Source of the DNA: the human T2T-CHM13v2.0 reference genome, Homo sapiens
Assembly (NCBI RefSeq): GCF_009914755.1
Contig: NC_060937.1
Strand: one strand, 5' to 3'
DNA: 64,000 bases
Below the pieces are notes generated by a model that had not been told where the DNA came from, did no database searches, and worked only from the letters and a program-made list of their open reading frames with translations. Positions within the stretch are counted from its first letter, which is position 1; each line of letters starts with the position of its first letter. This document shows positions 31,983 to 50,044 of the stretch, piece by piece. The position numbers and the translations under genes were made by a program.

Positions 31983-32280
31983 TTTTTTTTTTTTTTTTTG
32001 AGATGGAGTCTTGCTCTGTCTCCCAGGCTGGCGTGCAGTGGCATGATCTCGGCTCATGCAACCTCCGCCTCCTGGGTTCAAGTGATTCTCCTACCTCAGC
32101 CTCCCGAGTAGTTAGGATTACAAGTGCGTGCCACGACATCCAGCTAATTTTTATATTTTTAGTAGAGATGGGGTTTTGCCATGTTGGCCAGGCTGGTCTC
32201 AAACTGCTGACCTCAGGTGATCCACCCGCCTCGGCCTCCCAAAGTGCTGGGATTACAGGCATGAGCCACCACACCCAGCT
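31983..32280 (-). mobile_element. AluS
   Basis: TSD gaaatga(g/a)cct. Confidence 0.92.
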
Positions 32281-32754
32281 GAAATGAACCTTCTTACAGA
32301 CTAGATTCTATGTGGTTGTCCTAGTATGAGGCTGGTAAGCTTGCTGACATCATGCTTGGGTTTTCATCTGATGAGGTTCAGCTGGTGGCCCAGCATAGCG
32401 TATCAGGCTCCCTGTGTATGACAGTGCCGCTGGAGATGGGTCATTCTTCGACTAGTAGGTGATTTGATCTCCCCTGATACATTTATGTTTTTTCACATTT
32501 TGGGCTCTGATTCTCCCCCTTACATGGGCTTCAATTCCAAGGAAGGTAGGAGTTGAGATACAGGTACCCTTCTGTTTTTCAATCCTGCTACTCTTGCTGT
32601 GTTTATCTGAGTGTGGTTCTCTTATACTCTGTAAACTAAGTCCCTAAAGAGGAACTTCTGTTCCTGGTAGCTGGACCTACTTAAGGAGTTGCAGGTAAAT
32701 TCAGTGAATGGCATAGTCACTTTGGGTCTTTAACTATTGAGTTAAAATATCTTT

Positions 32755-33619
<865 letters not shown>

Positions 33620-34741
33620 TGACTGTGCTAAGGAAAACTTCTTGAGCTCCATAACTGCTTTTCATGATTACCTTCAATGTCTGGGAGCTAACTATACCAG
33701 GAAGCTTTTGAGTGGTTGATTTTGCTGCTATTTGTAATACTCATCTGATAGTTTTTGGTAAGAAACTAAACAGCCATATACCGTAAATCAAGAGCTGTCC
33801 TGTCTTTTGGGATCCCAGCAAAAATATTGGATAATGTGGGAAATGGAATCTGAGCCCAGAAAGCCAGCTTTTAGAGTTTCTAGGAATGCCATGATGTCTG
33901 CATAGATACTAGGAGAAAGATACTCACCATTAAGATACATAAATAGAGGAATGGCTGTAGTAATTTAGGACTGGTATGATCACTTTCATGTACTCATTTT
34001 TATATCATATTAGATGCTCACTAGATTAGTTGATGCTTTTCATGACAGTCTTAAAAATAAGTTTTAACTGATTAATTGTAGAAAACTATGTTCTTGTTTA
34101 TAATCTTTGATTTTTAAATTAAAAATACATACACTATATATTTCCTATGTTAAGAAATGAAAAAATTTAAAAGTCCTGACTTATAATTAAGGCTGTTGGG
34201 ATGAGCCAGACTTCATCTTCCTGTCCCAAATTCCCAGGGATGAGAAAAAGTTGAAGAGAAAAGACCTAAAGATAAACAACAAACCAGAATTTTGATGGAA
34301 AATGGTAAAGAGTACTCATGGGATCCTGGAAATGCTGGTCCTGGAAACAGTGAGGAATTTTGCAAGAGAGATGGCTGATGGGATCATGCCCCAGGAAACC
34401 CCAGTCTGAAACACAGATAGGAGAGGATGGCTGCAAAGATGGGAGCAGCTCCAGAGGAGACAGCCTTGAGCACAAGAAGTGACATCCAGCTAGGTGATTC
34501 TTCCACACTCAGTGTCCATGAGGGAGCAGATGATTCGTAAACAGGTAGAGCCATATCTTGGAATTCTTTAGTAGTTAAAAAGACTGAGGTGGATCTCTGT
34601 ATATCAACAGAGAACATCTCTAAGACATTAAAAATGGAAAGAGAACTTGTGTAAGGACACATATGGTATAATGATACCATTAATGGTAAAAGAATCCCAA
34701 CCTAAAATATCTTTATAGTTACCTATGTAAAAGCATACAGC

Positions 34742-34961
34742 ATAGGTTCTCAACAGTGGCATTGTTCACATTATGGGTTAGAGGACTCTGTCATGGGCGA
34801 CTGTCCTGCACACTAGAGGGTTTTTAGCAGCATCCCTGGCGTCTTACCCTCTAGATACTAGTCGTGTCCCCTCAGGCCCCAGTAGTGACAGCCAAAACTA
34901 TCTACAGACATTGCCAACTGTGTCCTGGGGGACAAAATTGCTCCAAGTTGGGATCCCTTGG
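34742..34961 (-). mobile_element. MER20 hAT-Charlie DNA transposon
   Basis: agcagcatccctggc...ctagatactag...cagacattgccaa...gggggacaaaattg, matching the reverse of the remembered MER20 consensus. Confidence 0.8.
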
Positions 34962-35088
34962 CATATATTGAAGTCTAATAATGCATATTCACCTGTTAAG
35001 TGATTACCGGAGAGAGACATTGTAATGGGGACAGGTGTGGTCAGTGGAGTTGTTAGCTTTATTTTGAATAAGAATGTTTAGGTATAAC

Positions 35089-36096
<1,008 letters not shown>

Positions 36097-37429
36097 TGGT
36101 TAATAGTTAGAAGAAATACAGGTAGCTTACAAACGTGCAAATGTGCCCAAACTCACTAATAACCAGGAAAATGCGAATTAAAAAAATGAATCATTTTTCT
36201 CCATTACATTAATAAAATTAGAAAGATAAATCATGTTCAGTGATGGTGTAGTGTTGGGAAATTAATCTCTAATAGTAGTGTAAGTTGACCTAAGATTTTA
36301 AATGTGTAGTTTGTGGTATTTGTATTTAAATTAAATATTTTTCTTATAGAAATATACATATGTATGCAGATTGGCATGTTTAGGGAAGCTTATTGCAGCG
36401 CACAATACCTGCAAATTGGAACCATGTCCAATACTAGGAGAATGGTTAAATAAGTTATGGTTCATCTAGATTACTAGAAATACTGGGTAGCAGTTAAAAA
36501 TTATGAGGTAGAATTCTAAAAAAAAAAAAAACTGAGTGATAAAATTAGTTGTAGAATAAAATGTAGTGTGATTCAGTTTATACCAAGAAAAATCTTAAAC
36601 ATGAAATAAAACTCTGCACCTTTATTTCTGCATATCCATATGAAAATGCTTAGGTAAGTTTGGAAGGACACATGCAAAACTGATCATGGCTGGATAACAG
36701 GAAATGGGACTAGGAGCCTTTAAAACGGGGCAGGGAATAATGGTTATCTGGTATCTATACTGCTTAAGCTTTTTTTCTTTTTAACCAAAGGAGTAACTCA
36801 TACATTACTTGGGTAATTACAATAAAATTGAAAAATGTAAGAACATCTAAATGACTTGCTTTATATGCATAGTGTCATCATTTAGTGGCCTGTGTTGAGC
36901 AGTGATAGCTGCTGCTGGGGCTCTGGTAGGGCTTTAAGATCCCATGACTTTTGGTGGCTCTCCATATTTTGTGGAATTGGCATTAGCTGTTCATATGGTT
37001 TGGAAACACTTTTTTAAAAATATTGATTTCAGTGGAGATTATTTCCCAACCCTATTCCTAGAATTTCACTCTGTTATTGCTTCAGAAAGATGTATTCAGA
37101 AATATATGCCTGTGTATTTATGACTTCATCACTAGACTTTGAATGCATGTGTGATAGCTTTCTCTTTAGTAAGTGGAAATTAATCTTAAAGATTGCAAGC
37201 TAGAGCTGAGCCCACACTCTTACTGGTATTTTCTTGTTTCCTCCCCTAACCTAACTTGTCATAGTTTTTCTTAGGTAGTATTATTTATTTCTTTTTTTAC
37301 TACGTAGTGACATTCTTCAAATGTATACTTTCACTCTGGCTTGTCCGTAATTGGCTGGAAATTGTGATGGATCTATATAGTTTTTTTTGTGTTTTTAATA
37401 AAATCTGTATAACATAAAGTTTACTATTT

Positions 37430-37700
37430 TGCTCATTTTATTTCATTTATTTAATTATTATTTTATATTTTTACAGATGGGGTCACACTGTGTTGCCCAG
37501 GTTGGACTCGAACTCCTGGGCTTGAGTGATCCTCCTGCCTCAGCCTCCTAAGCCGTGGGGACTACAGGAACTGGGCCACTGCACACGGCAGTTTTAGTCT
37601 TTTTATTTTTTATTTTTTGAGACAGGGTCTCACTCTGTTAGCCAGGATGGAGTGCAGTGGTGGAATCACAGCTCACTGCCACCTTAGCCTCCACTTGGGA
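37430..37700 (-). mobile_element. Alu monomer (FLAM-like) and truncated AluJ arm
   Basis: Partial Alu consensus. Confidence 0.8.
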
Positions 37701-39533
37701 AGCCTCTTGGGTCTGCCACTGCTTGTCAGAAACTTTTTACTCTGAATTATGTCATATCTCAGGTGTTTTTACCTAGTTATTTTGCACATTACCCTTCTCA
37801 AAGGCATTTGTTCAAGTTTTTCCTAAGCTAATGAAGGAAAACAAACCTGAGTCATCTCTTGGCTGTCACTCTGCCTCTCCTACTCTTTACATCCAGCCAT
37901 ATGTACAGTCCTCACCCCACCCACCCCACCCCTACTCTACTTTTTCCTCTGCTTTATTCCGCAGTCCTTTCATTTGTGGTCTGGTACCCACCAGCTACAC
38001 TGACATGACTCTTGCTAAGGTTTTGCTTGAATACTTGATGTCTCCTTTCTCTCTGTCATTCCTCCCCTTCTCCCTTGATGCTTCTACTAAGGGGTCAGTG
38101 GTATGAGAAGATAGTTCTCCTCCTGCTGGTTTTCATTATTTTGTTGTTTACTGTATCGTCAGGAATGCATGCTTGCAAGACAAAGACTAAAACAAAAAAC
38201 AAAAAACCCAAACAGCAAAAAAACCCCAAAACACCTTTGTTTTGGTTCCGAGATCGATTCAGTATTAGTTCCCTTTTGTGAAATGAAAACAGGATTGTAG
38301 AAAATGGGCTGGGAATTTTGCAACTGGCAAAAACGTATTCTCTTTTTTTCCTGTAGTTTAAAATTTTACCACTTTGAAAATCATGTAAGTTATCTTAGAA
38401 GAAAAATAGTAGTCCACTAATTCTACCATCCAAAATAACCATGAATAAATATGTCTTGGTGCTACACATGTAGTTTTTCAAAATGGAATCAAAGCGAATC
38501 TTTAAAAAAAATCATTTTGTTTTCTATGATCAAATTGCCTTTCTGGGAAAGGACATGCCAGAATGTTAGTTTTTTAAAACTTATAAAAGTATCTTTAGAT
38601 ACTTTGAATGAAATAGAAAGAGTTCTATTCTTTTTTTTTTTAGAAATAGGATTTTATCTGGTTGTTTGATTTTTTTTTTTTTTTTCAGTTATTCAAATGA
38701 AGATTGATGCAGTTGGCTTTCCTTTAACCTTTTAGTCTTTCAGGGTAATTTTCTTTCTTTTTTTTTTTGAGACTCCCAACAAGTTTATTATTTTTTAAAT
38801 TGTGGTAAAATGCTTATAAGGAAACTTGCCATCTTAACTATTTTTAAGTGTACAGTTCAGTGGCATTAAGTACATTCACATTGTTGTGCAGCCATCACTA
38901 TAATCTATCTCCAGAACTCTCTTCATATTCCAAACTGAAACTCTGTACCCATTTAACAGTAACTCCCCATTCCAGGCTCGCCACAGTCTCTGGCAACCAC
39001 TATTCTACTTTCAGGATAATTTTCATTGGTTAGTAATGTTTGGATAATTTGATTAGATTTGGTGGATACTGAAGACTGGCCGGGTTATGTAAGCTGTTGC
39101 TACTTTCAGCCAAGGAGTGCATCTAGTCCGTATTACATCATCCTTGGAGTGTTCTACCCAGTGTCTTGCATTGAAGGACATCAGAAGGAAAACTCCTGTA
39201 TTCTCAGTCGTGGTAAATAGTGTCCACTTCATTACAGATCTCCTTGAGTGATAGGTTTCAAAATATCTCTAGGCATGAAGAAACATTTCCAAACCTGCTT
39301 GTCTTCTCTACCTTTCTCAGTATGTACTAGTTTAGAAGGTATTCAAAATGTTTCACTGAGACCATTGAGTTTTATGCTAAATATAACATCTGGCCTAGCA
39401 CTTTTTATCACTCATATGCAATCTATTTGATAAGGACAGGGACCAAATAGAATGTCTTTTTCAATGTATTTTAGGCATCTAATTGACTAATATGAAATTT
39501 TCTATTAATCCAGAGTTTTTAAATGCAGGCATA

Positions 39534-39837
39534 ATTCCCCCCCACCCCGCCCGCAAAGATTCAGTCTTGCTCTGTTGCCCAGGCTGGAGTGCAGTGGCCT
39601 GATCGGCTCACTGCAACCTCTGCCTCCCAGGTTCAGCAATTCTCCTGCCTCAGCCTCCCGAGTAGCTGGGATTACAGGCATGCACCATTACGCCCAGGTA
39701 ATTTTTCTTTTGTATTTTTTGGTAGAGACAGGGTTTCACCATGTTGGTCAGGCTGGTCTTGAACCCCTGACCTTGTGATCCACCCGCCTCGGCCTCCCAA
39801 AGTGCTGGGATTGCAGGCGTGAGCTACTGCACCTGGC
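39534..39837 (-). mobile_element. AluS with a GC-rich tract in place of the tail
   Basis: TSD tgcaggcata at 39524-39533 and 39838-39847. Confidence 0.9.
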
Positions 39838-39889
39838 TGCAGGCATACTTTTTAACCTATTTATATCCAAACATTTAAATTTATTTTTT

Positions 39890-40641
<752 letters not shown>

Positions 40642-40809
40642 AAGTTTAATTTATTTTTTAAAAGTTAATAAAGAAGATGATTTTTCTCAGTCCTGTAAGA
40701 TGAAAAACACATCTGTTGTTCTAGTTATTTGGAAATTAGGCTCATACGGGTAATAGTTGATGCTAGTAATTTTTCTCTGAAGAATAAAATAATTCAAAAT
40801 AGAAAACTA

Positions 40810-41187
<378 letters not shown>

Positions 41188-41932
41188 CTATTGGTTTTCT
41201 GAGAACGGAGAAGTTTATGAAGACAAACTATACTTAGTGTTAGTATTTAAAATGCTTTACTTTTCTTTTTGAAACATATAGCCAGTAAATCCTGCTTAGT
41301 TGATTAGTGTACCTCAGTTTAAACTTTCCATGGTTGTTATGTATTTCCTTTGCCATTAAAATATATAAAAAGGAATTTATATTTTTCAAGATGTTGAAAT
41401 TTTTGAAACAAATATATCTACTCAGCCTATGCAATATTAAGTCATTCTGCAGAATAGCATCTGCATTGCTTGAATATTGTTTGTTTGTTTTGTATTATTA
41501 AGCCAAAAAAAACACCTCACACATTTCATACAACAATGACAACAAAATTGAAATAGAGTTTCAAAAGTTTGTTAGATTGTTCTTTCCAGGTTGACTCTTA
41601 AGTGTCTCTTTAACTAAGGCAGTAGAGAATTCAAATGTTTTCTTTTGCATGGCCTTTTGCTACTAGTGACCCTGGGCTAGACTGTGGGCTTGTTGAGATG
41701 TGAATGTACCCTGCCCCCTGAAGTAAGATTTGTTCCTGCAAATGGAGGAAAAGAAGCCAACCAATCCTTTATAAACAATTTGTGTTTAGTCCTTCTTTGT
41801 AAAGTCCATAGCAGTTTTGACCTGCTTTTAATGCATGATTTATTCAATTGTTTATTGGAGCACTCTTTTTTTTTTTTTTTTAAACTGGAACAATCTTAAT
41901 CACCCAGTAAAATATATTAGGCTCTGAGCTAG

Positions 41933-42252
<320 letters not shown>

Positions 42253-44464
42253 TAGTTCTTGGTATGTTTATAAAACGTTTGTGATAACATAGGAAAAATG
42301 TCTATTATGCTAGTTAAAAAACAAAAGGGTGAAAATTATATATGCGGTATCATTACGAAAGTGTATTTAGAGAAAAGACTAAAAATGTCAATACTATTAG
42401 GATTCTCTCTCTCCTTTTTACTTTTGAATGCATGTTCATTATAGAAATTTTGGACACATAAACACATGTGCCTATGTGTATCTTTTAATTTCTTTTCCTT
42501 GATAAACCACCAATTGCCATATGTATTGCCAAGATTAAGAAGACTTTATGTAGGTGTAGATTTTTACCTTAAACATAATGAAAAAAAAATAATAAAAGTT
42601 GCAACTTTTTGTACCTCAAAGACAATGGCTTTTAACATTTGATAATGAAAGTTATTAAGCAAGCTGCTATCCAAGTGTATCTATGAGTAAATAGCTTTAA
42701 TCACATAACATTGGGCTAGGGGAGATTAAAAAAAGAATTTAAGGCGTAACCTTATGATCTGGTGGAGGAGAAATTGTAACTGTGCAAAGCAGTTAAAATG
42801 AGATTGTTGGGTAGATGAGATTATATGCTAAAATTTGCACTAACTACTCTCAGAGTTTAGATTAGAGGAGATTCATCCTAAATTGAAGTACTTGGGAAAG
42901 ATCCAGTGGTAGATGTGAAACTTGGAGTCCATCTTCTATAATAGGTGGTATCTGAGGACAATAAAACAAGTGTGGATTTAAGTTTAAACAAAGACTTAAA
43001 TGTATTCTTTTTAAAGGATTGTGAAGTACTCAATTTCTTTCTTACAGAAGAAAACTACAATCACAATTACAACAACAAAATTGACAGTAACAGGATCTGA
43101 AGTGGACAGAGGGCAATAGGGCAATAGAGGAGGGGGCATCCTGGTCTGAGGGCAGAAGAGCAACTTGAGGTTGGGGGCATACCAGGCAACGATAACCACG
43201 AGGAAGGCCTTGCTTTGAACACAGGGATATTTAGAAGCCCTTTGCAAGCAGGGCTGCTTTTCCCTACAATTGGTATTATTAAATAATTACCGAATGTATA
43301 TATTTGGATATTTTATAGTAAGATATTGACCTGAAAATCCCTTGGGCATTTACCTGATCTTTTACCTTTCAATACTCAATATAATTTTTTACTAAAGTGG
43401 AAAATATTTATTGAATTGACAAAGAGAATTCTTAGCTTTCTAAAAGACTACTTTTTTAGTTTTTTAAGATCTCATTTAAAACAAAGTATTTAAAAATTAT
43501 TTCATAACTGAAGACTCTAACAGAAATACTCAGGTATTTGCCACCTTTGACTTTTTTTTTTGGTAGAAGGTGGGTCATAAATGTTTAGGTATATGTTTGT
43601 GTTCCAGTTTTTATATCTGCCTTGCAAAATAATTGTAATCTGGAAGTTTCTGAAACTGGAAAGCCATTAGGAAATTAGGAAAAGTCATTTAAAAAGATAG
43701 TAATCCTTTCATCAGTTAAAAAGAATAGACTCCTTTTAGAACTAAGCAGTTTACTCTTTTTCATATTGAATGCTTAGCTTCTATTATGCAAAATAAATAG
43801 ATTTAAACATTATAGAGTGAGTAGTCTTAAAAATGGAGCATACATTCCTGAATTTTGAGTAGCTTTAGAACTTAATACACATATCATTTCTTTTAGGAAT
43901 AAATGTAAAATGGATGAAGATTGAATGTGAGAGTATTTAAATGATTCTCAAGATTTTCTGGTTCATGTGTTGTGATATTGAACTCTTTCTTTCGTCTTAG
44001 GCTTTAATTTGTGCCTGGTGCTGACCTGATGCTGTGCAGGGACACTCACTGCATCCCTCCATTCAGTCCCTCTAATTATCCCAACTTCCTGGGGAGCTTG
44101 CTTAGAACTGGGCATGAGTGCTCTTTATTAAAATATTGGGCTACCCTGGCTACATGTAACAAGGTAGTTTTTGATATCAAATTTATGTATTGATGAACGG
44201 AATAGGAAGCTAAAATTGTTTGCTGTGATTTTACATAAAGAGATAGGGGATATTATGGAAATTATTTGGTTAGACAATGAATTAGGCTGTAATAAATGAA
44301 ATCATGGTTAATAGAGTTCCTGAGTTTATTTGTTGCATTGTTGCTTTTTAGTGCATACTCAAAAAGAAATACGACTCTATAAATGATAGGCAGAACAATC
44401 AGATTTGCAATTTTGTGTGTATTTGCAGATGATGGTAATTCTTTTTGCTGGGCGCATCTGTTAA

Positions 44465-44668
<204 letters not shown>

Positions 44669-45570
44669 TAAAAAAAAAAATAGGAAAGAATGATTGAAAA
44701 TGCTGTTGCAGTTAGTTCATGTCACATGAGTTAAATGTGGTCGAATTCGCTACTGGAAATCAAAGGCTTTGTAGCATCTGGCAGTGTTGGTTGCTGATCC
44801 TGCAGGTGGCTGCTGGATTCAGCTTTCACACCAGGGAGCAGTTTCAGTTCATTTCCAAATTTGCTAGGAAAAAAGAAATCCCAATTAGTTTTGAGTATTA
44901 ACCCTTTCCGTGTAATAAGAGCATTTTAAAAAATTCTGTGTTATAAACAGGATCCAAAGACTGTGTTCAAATTCCATTTTAATAATTTAAAAATTACTTA
45001 TACCTAGTACACTTCCAGAAATAAAAACAGCACATTTGGTAATTATTTTAGTTTGTTAATGTCAGTAGAATGCTCATAATTTACAAGGATAAATCATTCT
45101 CTCCACCCCCAGTTCTGTTTGAATAGAGTGGAATCCAAGGAAAAAAATGATTTCTGATATCAGAAACAGTGTTTTTTCTTCTATTTTCTTTTTTCTTTTT
45201 TTAATTATCAGAACTAATTATATATAGTGTTAAAAACTATGCAAAGTTATCTCTAAAACTGGATGGAAACATCCAACACCAGCAATTAAGCCTGGAGCGC
45301 TTCAATTAGCGCTCACATTTCTTTTGAAAGAAATGTTTTAGTAAGATGAATGTTTAAATAAAAAGCCTAATTCGTGAACCCATATTATAGATGTTTACAG
45401 TTTATTAGCACAGTTAGTGAAGGTAAAACACTTTAACCTTTTAACTATAGCTTGCCAAAATAAATATGTAGTTGAGTGTTGATAAAATGAAGTTGGTGGA
45501 ATGAAAACTCTTCTTCTCTGATACAGTAGTTTAAATTCTTCTGTACCATGCTCATAAAGCTTAGTTCAGC

Positions 45571-45875
45571 TTTTTTTTTGTTTTGTTTTTTGAGATGGAG
45601 TTTCGCTCTTGTTGCCCAGGCCAGAGTGCGATGGCGTGATCTTGGCTCACTGCAACCTCTGTCCCGCCAGGTTCAAGCGATTCTCTTGCCTCAGCCTCCC
45701 AAGTAGCTGGGATTACAGGTGCCTGCCACCATGCCCAGCTAATTTTGTATTTTTAGTAGAGAAGGGGTTTCACCATGTTGGTCAGGCTGGTCTTGAACTC
45801 CTGACCTCAGGTGATCTGCCTGCCTCAGCCTTCTAAACTGCTGGGATTACAGGCAGGAGCCACTGTGCCCAGCCC
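45571..45875 (-). mobile_element. AluS
   Basis: TSD agttcagc. Confidence 0.92.
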
Positions 45876-46742
45876 GAGTTCAGCATTTAAAAGTCGCTGA
45901 TACGTAGCTATTTCTGGATTATGATACTGGTTCCTTTAGAAATTTGACTCTCTTTTTAGCAGAATTATTTTACTAGAAGTATGTTCAACACTGGCTGATA
46001 CTGAAGTGGCGAAATTTATGTTTGGCCAGTCTGGGAGAGCCAAAAATTACTTGATTGGATCAGGCTGGTAGATTGTAGCAATGTGGCTTGTGGGTGAGGA
46101 TAGTATAAAGTAGTTGTGGATGGCAAAGTTTGGGGTGAGGAAGGAAAGAAGAGTAGACATTAGAAGAAAAAAAATTCAGAGCACAAAATAAAAGTAAAAC
46201 CACACCTCCATTTTAGTTCAGTTTGATAGAAACGGCTTGTTGGTAGTTGCCGAGTATTATTAATGCCATCAGGAATAAAATGTGTTAGCTGTCCTAGTAG
46301 TCTGGGTTTTGGAAATTACCAGTTCGTGAGTACTGTAAAGAAAGGAGAATTTAGAGTTTTTCATCCATCTTTGCCAAGGTTCCTTTTACATAATTCTTTG
46401 ATGCACCAGCCATTGTGAAATTCTCCAGAATTGTGGGCAAAGTTAGCCTCAGGAAAAGGAGAGAGAGTTTTGTTGAATAGTGTAGACAAATGCCAGTGGG
46501 CAGGAAGCTATGTGGGCATATACTCCCCATTGTGGTTAGGACAAAGGTAGTGTGTGGAAAATGAATCAGTTAGGACAAAGGGAGTGTGGAGAAAGTAAAT
46601 ATAAGAGGCAGTTTCTTGGAATTTGATTCTGATCCTAGAAATGTGAGTTAGAACTGATCAGTGTATAAGAGAAGTGTACTTATTCAAGGGCTCTTGAACA
46701 GTAAATATTAATACATAAATGCACTGTACATTTTGCTTATAA

Positions 46743-46856
<114 letters not shown>

Positions 46857-47470
46857 TAATGAACCAGAAACTGTTCATTTCTTTTTCAGAAAGCAGTGTG
46901 GTAGCATGGCTTTGTAAATGTGGGTAGTGATGGATTATAGAATTTTAATTAACCCAGCAGTTCTTTGAAAATTGTGACAAGTGAAGTGGTTTTAGTCTGA
47001 AACTCAACTGTTTATTTGAAGAGTAATTATAAAAACAGAAAAGTTTACAAAATCACCATTACACTGAATGAATGATACCTGGTTTATTATATACTGCATG
47101 ATATTTGAATTAAAGTTAAAAACTTCAGATTTTTAACTGTAAATATGTTAGGGAGTTTAGTGAGTTATTGTAGTGATTTAATTATTTTGTGGCATTTAAT
47201 ATCAAATCTTACCAATGCCTCTATTTTGGGTGAAGTTGTTTTTAATGATCTAAATGTCCCCTTCCAGCTAGGTGAATTAACGTATGTTTGTTATTAAATT
47301 GATTTTTCCAGGTATATTTATAACTTCATTCAAGATGGTACTGAAACCTTATTTTTTAGGTACTAGAATATGATTTTGATTAATGTTTGTACATATGTTT
47401 GTTATTAGATCAATTATGCCAGGTACTATCTTAATTTATTCTAATATGTTATACTTGTTTCTGTGGCATA

Positions 47471-47806
47471 CAGTCATGTGTTGCTTAACAGCGTGAATAC
47501 ATTCTGAGAAATGCATCATTAGGCGAGTTCATCCTTGTGTGAACATCACAGAGTCTACTTACAGAAATCTACATGGTAGAGTCTCCCACACACTTAGGCT
47601 AAGTGTGTTATAGCCTATTGCTCCTAGGCTACAAACCTATACGTGTTGCTGTACTGGATCCTGTAGGCTGTTGTAATACAGTGGTAGATATTTGTGTATC
47701 TAAACATGTAAACAGGGAAGATACAGTTAAAAATACAGTATTAGAATCTATGGAACCACTGTCATACGTGTGGTGCCTCATTGAAATATTCTGTGGAGCA
47801 TAACTG
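47471..47806. mobile_element. Tigger3a/MER7A non-autonomous DNA transposon
   Basis: TA|cagtcatg ... cataactg|TA termini with TA target duplication, 336 bp. Confidence 0.85.
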
Positions 47807-48204
47807 TACTCGTATTCTGTTCTTCCACGGATTGGAAATTATTTGTGAATGTTGTTATTTTCTAGATGGAATTTCCACTTAAAATCTATAACTTTAACTT
47901 GAAACAATTATTAAGATCACAGAATTGTCTATTTGAACCACCTTGCTTTGTGGGTCCAAAACTAAGGCCTAAAGAGATATCCTGAGGGGGCAAATTACAT
48001 GGACACATCCAGAGGTTCCAGTTTCCCAGGTTTTATGCAGCATATCTACATTTTTTTGTTTATATCCCTTTTTATTTTTTATCTTCCTTGGAATTTTGAC
48101 CAAGATTCTGTTATTATAAAAACTATTTGAATATAATACTTAAATTTAGATGTGTATGTGTGTATATATATAATGTAATGTATTACATTTAAGTCCGTAT
48201 AGAT

Positions 48205-48427
48205 GAGAGGTCGGCACACTACAGTCCACAGGACAAATGCAGCCTGCTGCCTGTTTTTGTCAATAAAATTTTATTGAAACACAGCCATGCTCTTTCATTT
48301 ATGCATTGTCTATGCTGCTTTTGTCCTGTGACAGCAGAGTTGAGTAGTTGTGACAGAGACCATTTGGCCTATCAAGCCTAAAATACTTTTTCTATGGTCC
48401 TTTATACAAAAAGTTTGGGAACTCCTG
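48205..48427. mobile_element. MER58A
   Basis: ggtcggcacactac...cctgtttttgtcaataaaattttattgaaacacagccatg...gttgtgacagagacc. Confidence 0.8.
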
Positions 48428-48591
48428 CTATAAATGAATATCCAAATCCAAATTATATGAGTAGGATAAGTGATGTGGTGCCAGTATTATACATTTATTC
48501 CTATACAGTTAATACATTTATTTATTTTATATATTATATATAATATTATATACAGTTTATGCATTTTTTCAGTTATTAAAAAAATGCTGCC

Positions 48592-48888
48592 TTTTTTTTT
48601 TTTTTTTTTTTTGAGACATAGCCTTGCTCTGTCACCCAGGCTGGAATGTAGTGGCATGATCTCGGCTCACTGCAACCTCTGTCTCCTGGGTTCAAGCTAT
48701 TCTGCCTCAGCCTCCTGAGTAGCTGGGATTACAGGCACACACCACCACGCCTGGCTAATTTTTGTATTTTTAGTAGAGACGGGGTTTCACCATTTTAGTC
48801 AGGCTGGTCTTGAACTCCTGATGTCGTGATCCGCCCACCTCAGCTTCCCAAAGTGCTGGGATTACAGGCGTGAGCCACTGTGTCTGGC
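48592..48888 (-). mobile_element. AluS
   Basis: TSD aaaaaatgct. Confidence 0.92.
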
Positions 48889-49717
48889 CAAAAAATGCTT
48901 CTTTAAAGTCTGTTTAAGGCCTTTGAGAAGGATATATTAATAAAAATGAATCCAATCTGGTTCCCGCGCAGAATGCTGCAGTCCATGGGTGCTATGAGTC
49001 CTGGGTGCTCATAGTCATGTTACGGAAAATAAGTTGATACACAAATAACTTCACTTCAGGGAAGAAAATACTGTGAGATAAGATCAATATCTTTGTAAAT
49101 GAAAGTAAGAAGGATGATTTCCATCTGGGGTTCTACATTAGAGAAAAACCTGTAGAATATACAACCTCCTCCTTTCTTTCACACGAGTTTTCTTTCCAAA
49201 CCTATTTCCCCATTTCCCTTTTATCAGTGCTGTGCCTCCACCCAGCCTGACTGTGCGCTGCTCCCATGCGTGGCTGGCTCTGCCCTCAGTGCTTTCCTCA
49301 CTCTCTCTGGGTGGGTGTGCCTGGCCTCCCACCCACCGTGTCTAACTGCTGCCTGCCCTTGAAGGCACAGTTCATATGCAGCCTCTGCGGGGAAAGGGTT
49401 CTAGATCCTTCTGTTGAGAAGTAATTTCTTTCCTTGGACTTTTTGTTTCAGTTTGATTGGAATGTTTTTGTTTTTGGAAAAATGATTTGTGCTTTATCTG
49501 ATACATTGTTTTTACTTAATATCCAGGACTAAAATGATTTTTTGATTTTTTTTGCATAACTGCTGTGTATTTGCTTTAGAAAGTGTACAATAGGCCAAAT
49601 TCCCCCAATGTAAAAACACACCAAACTTTACAAGACTGATAATTTTTTATGCTGAGTTTACGCGAAGTGGGATTGGATTTTATACAGTCCCTGCTGTCCA
49701 TGACTTGAAAAAGATCA

Positions 49718-50044
<327 letters not shown>

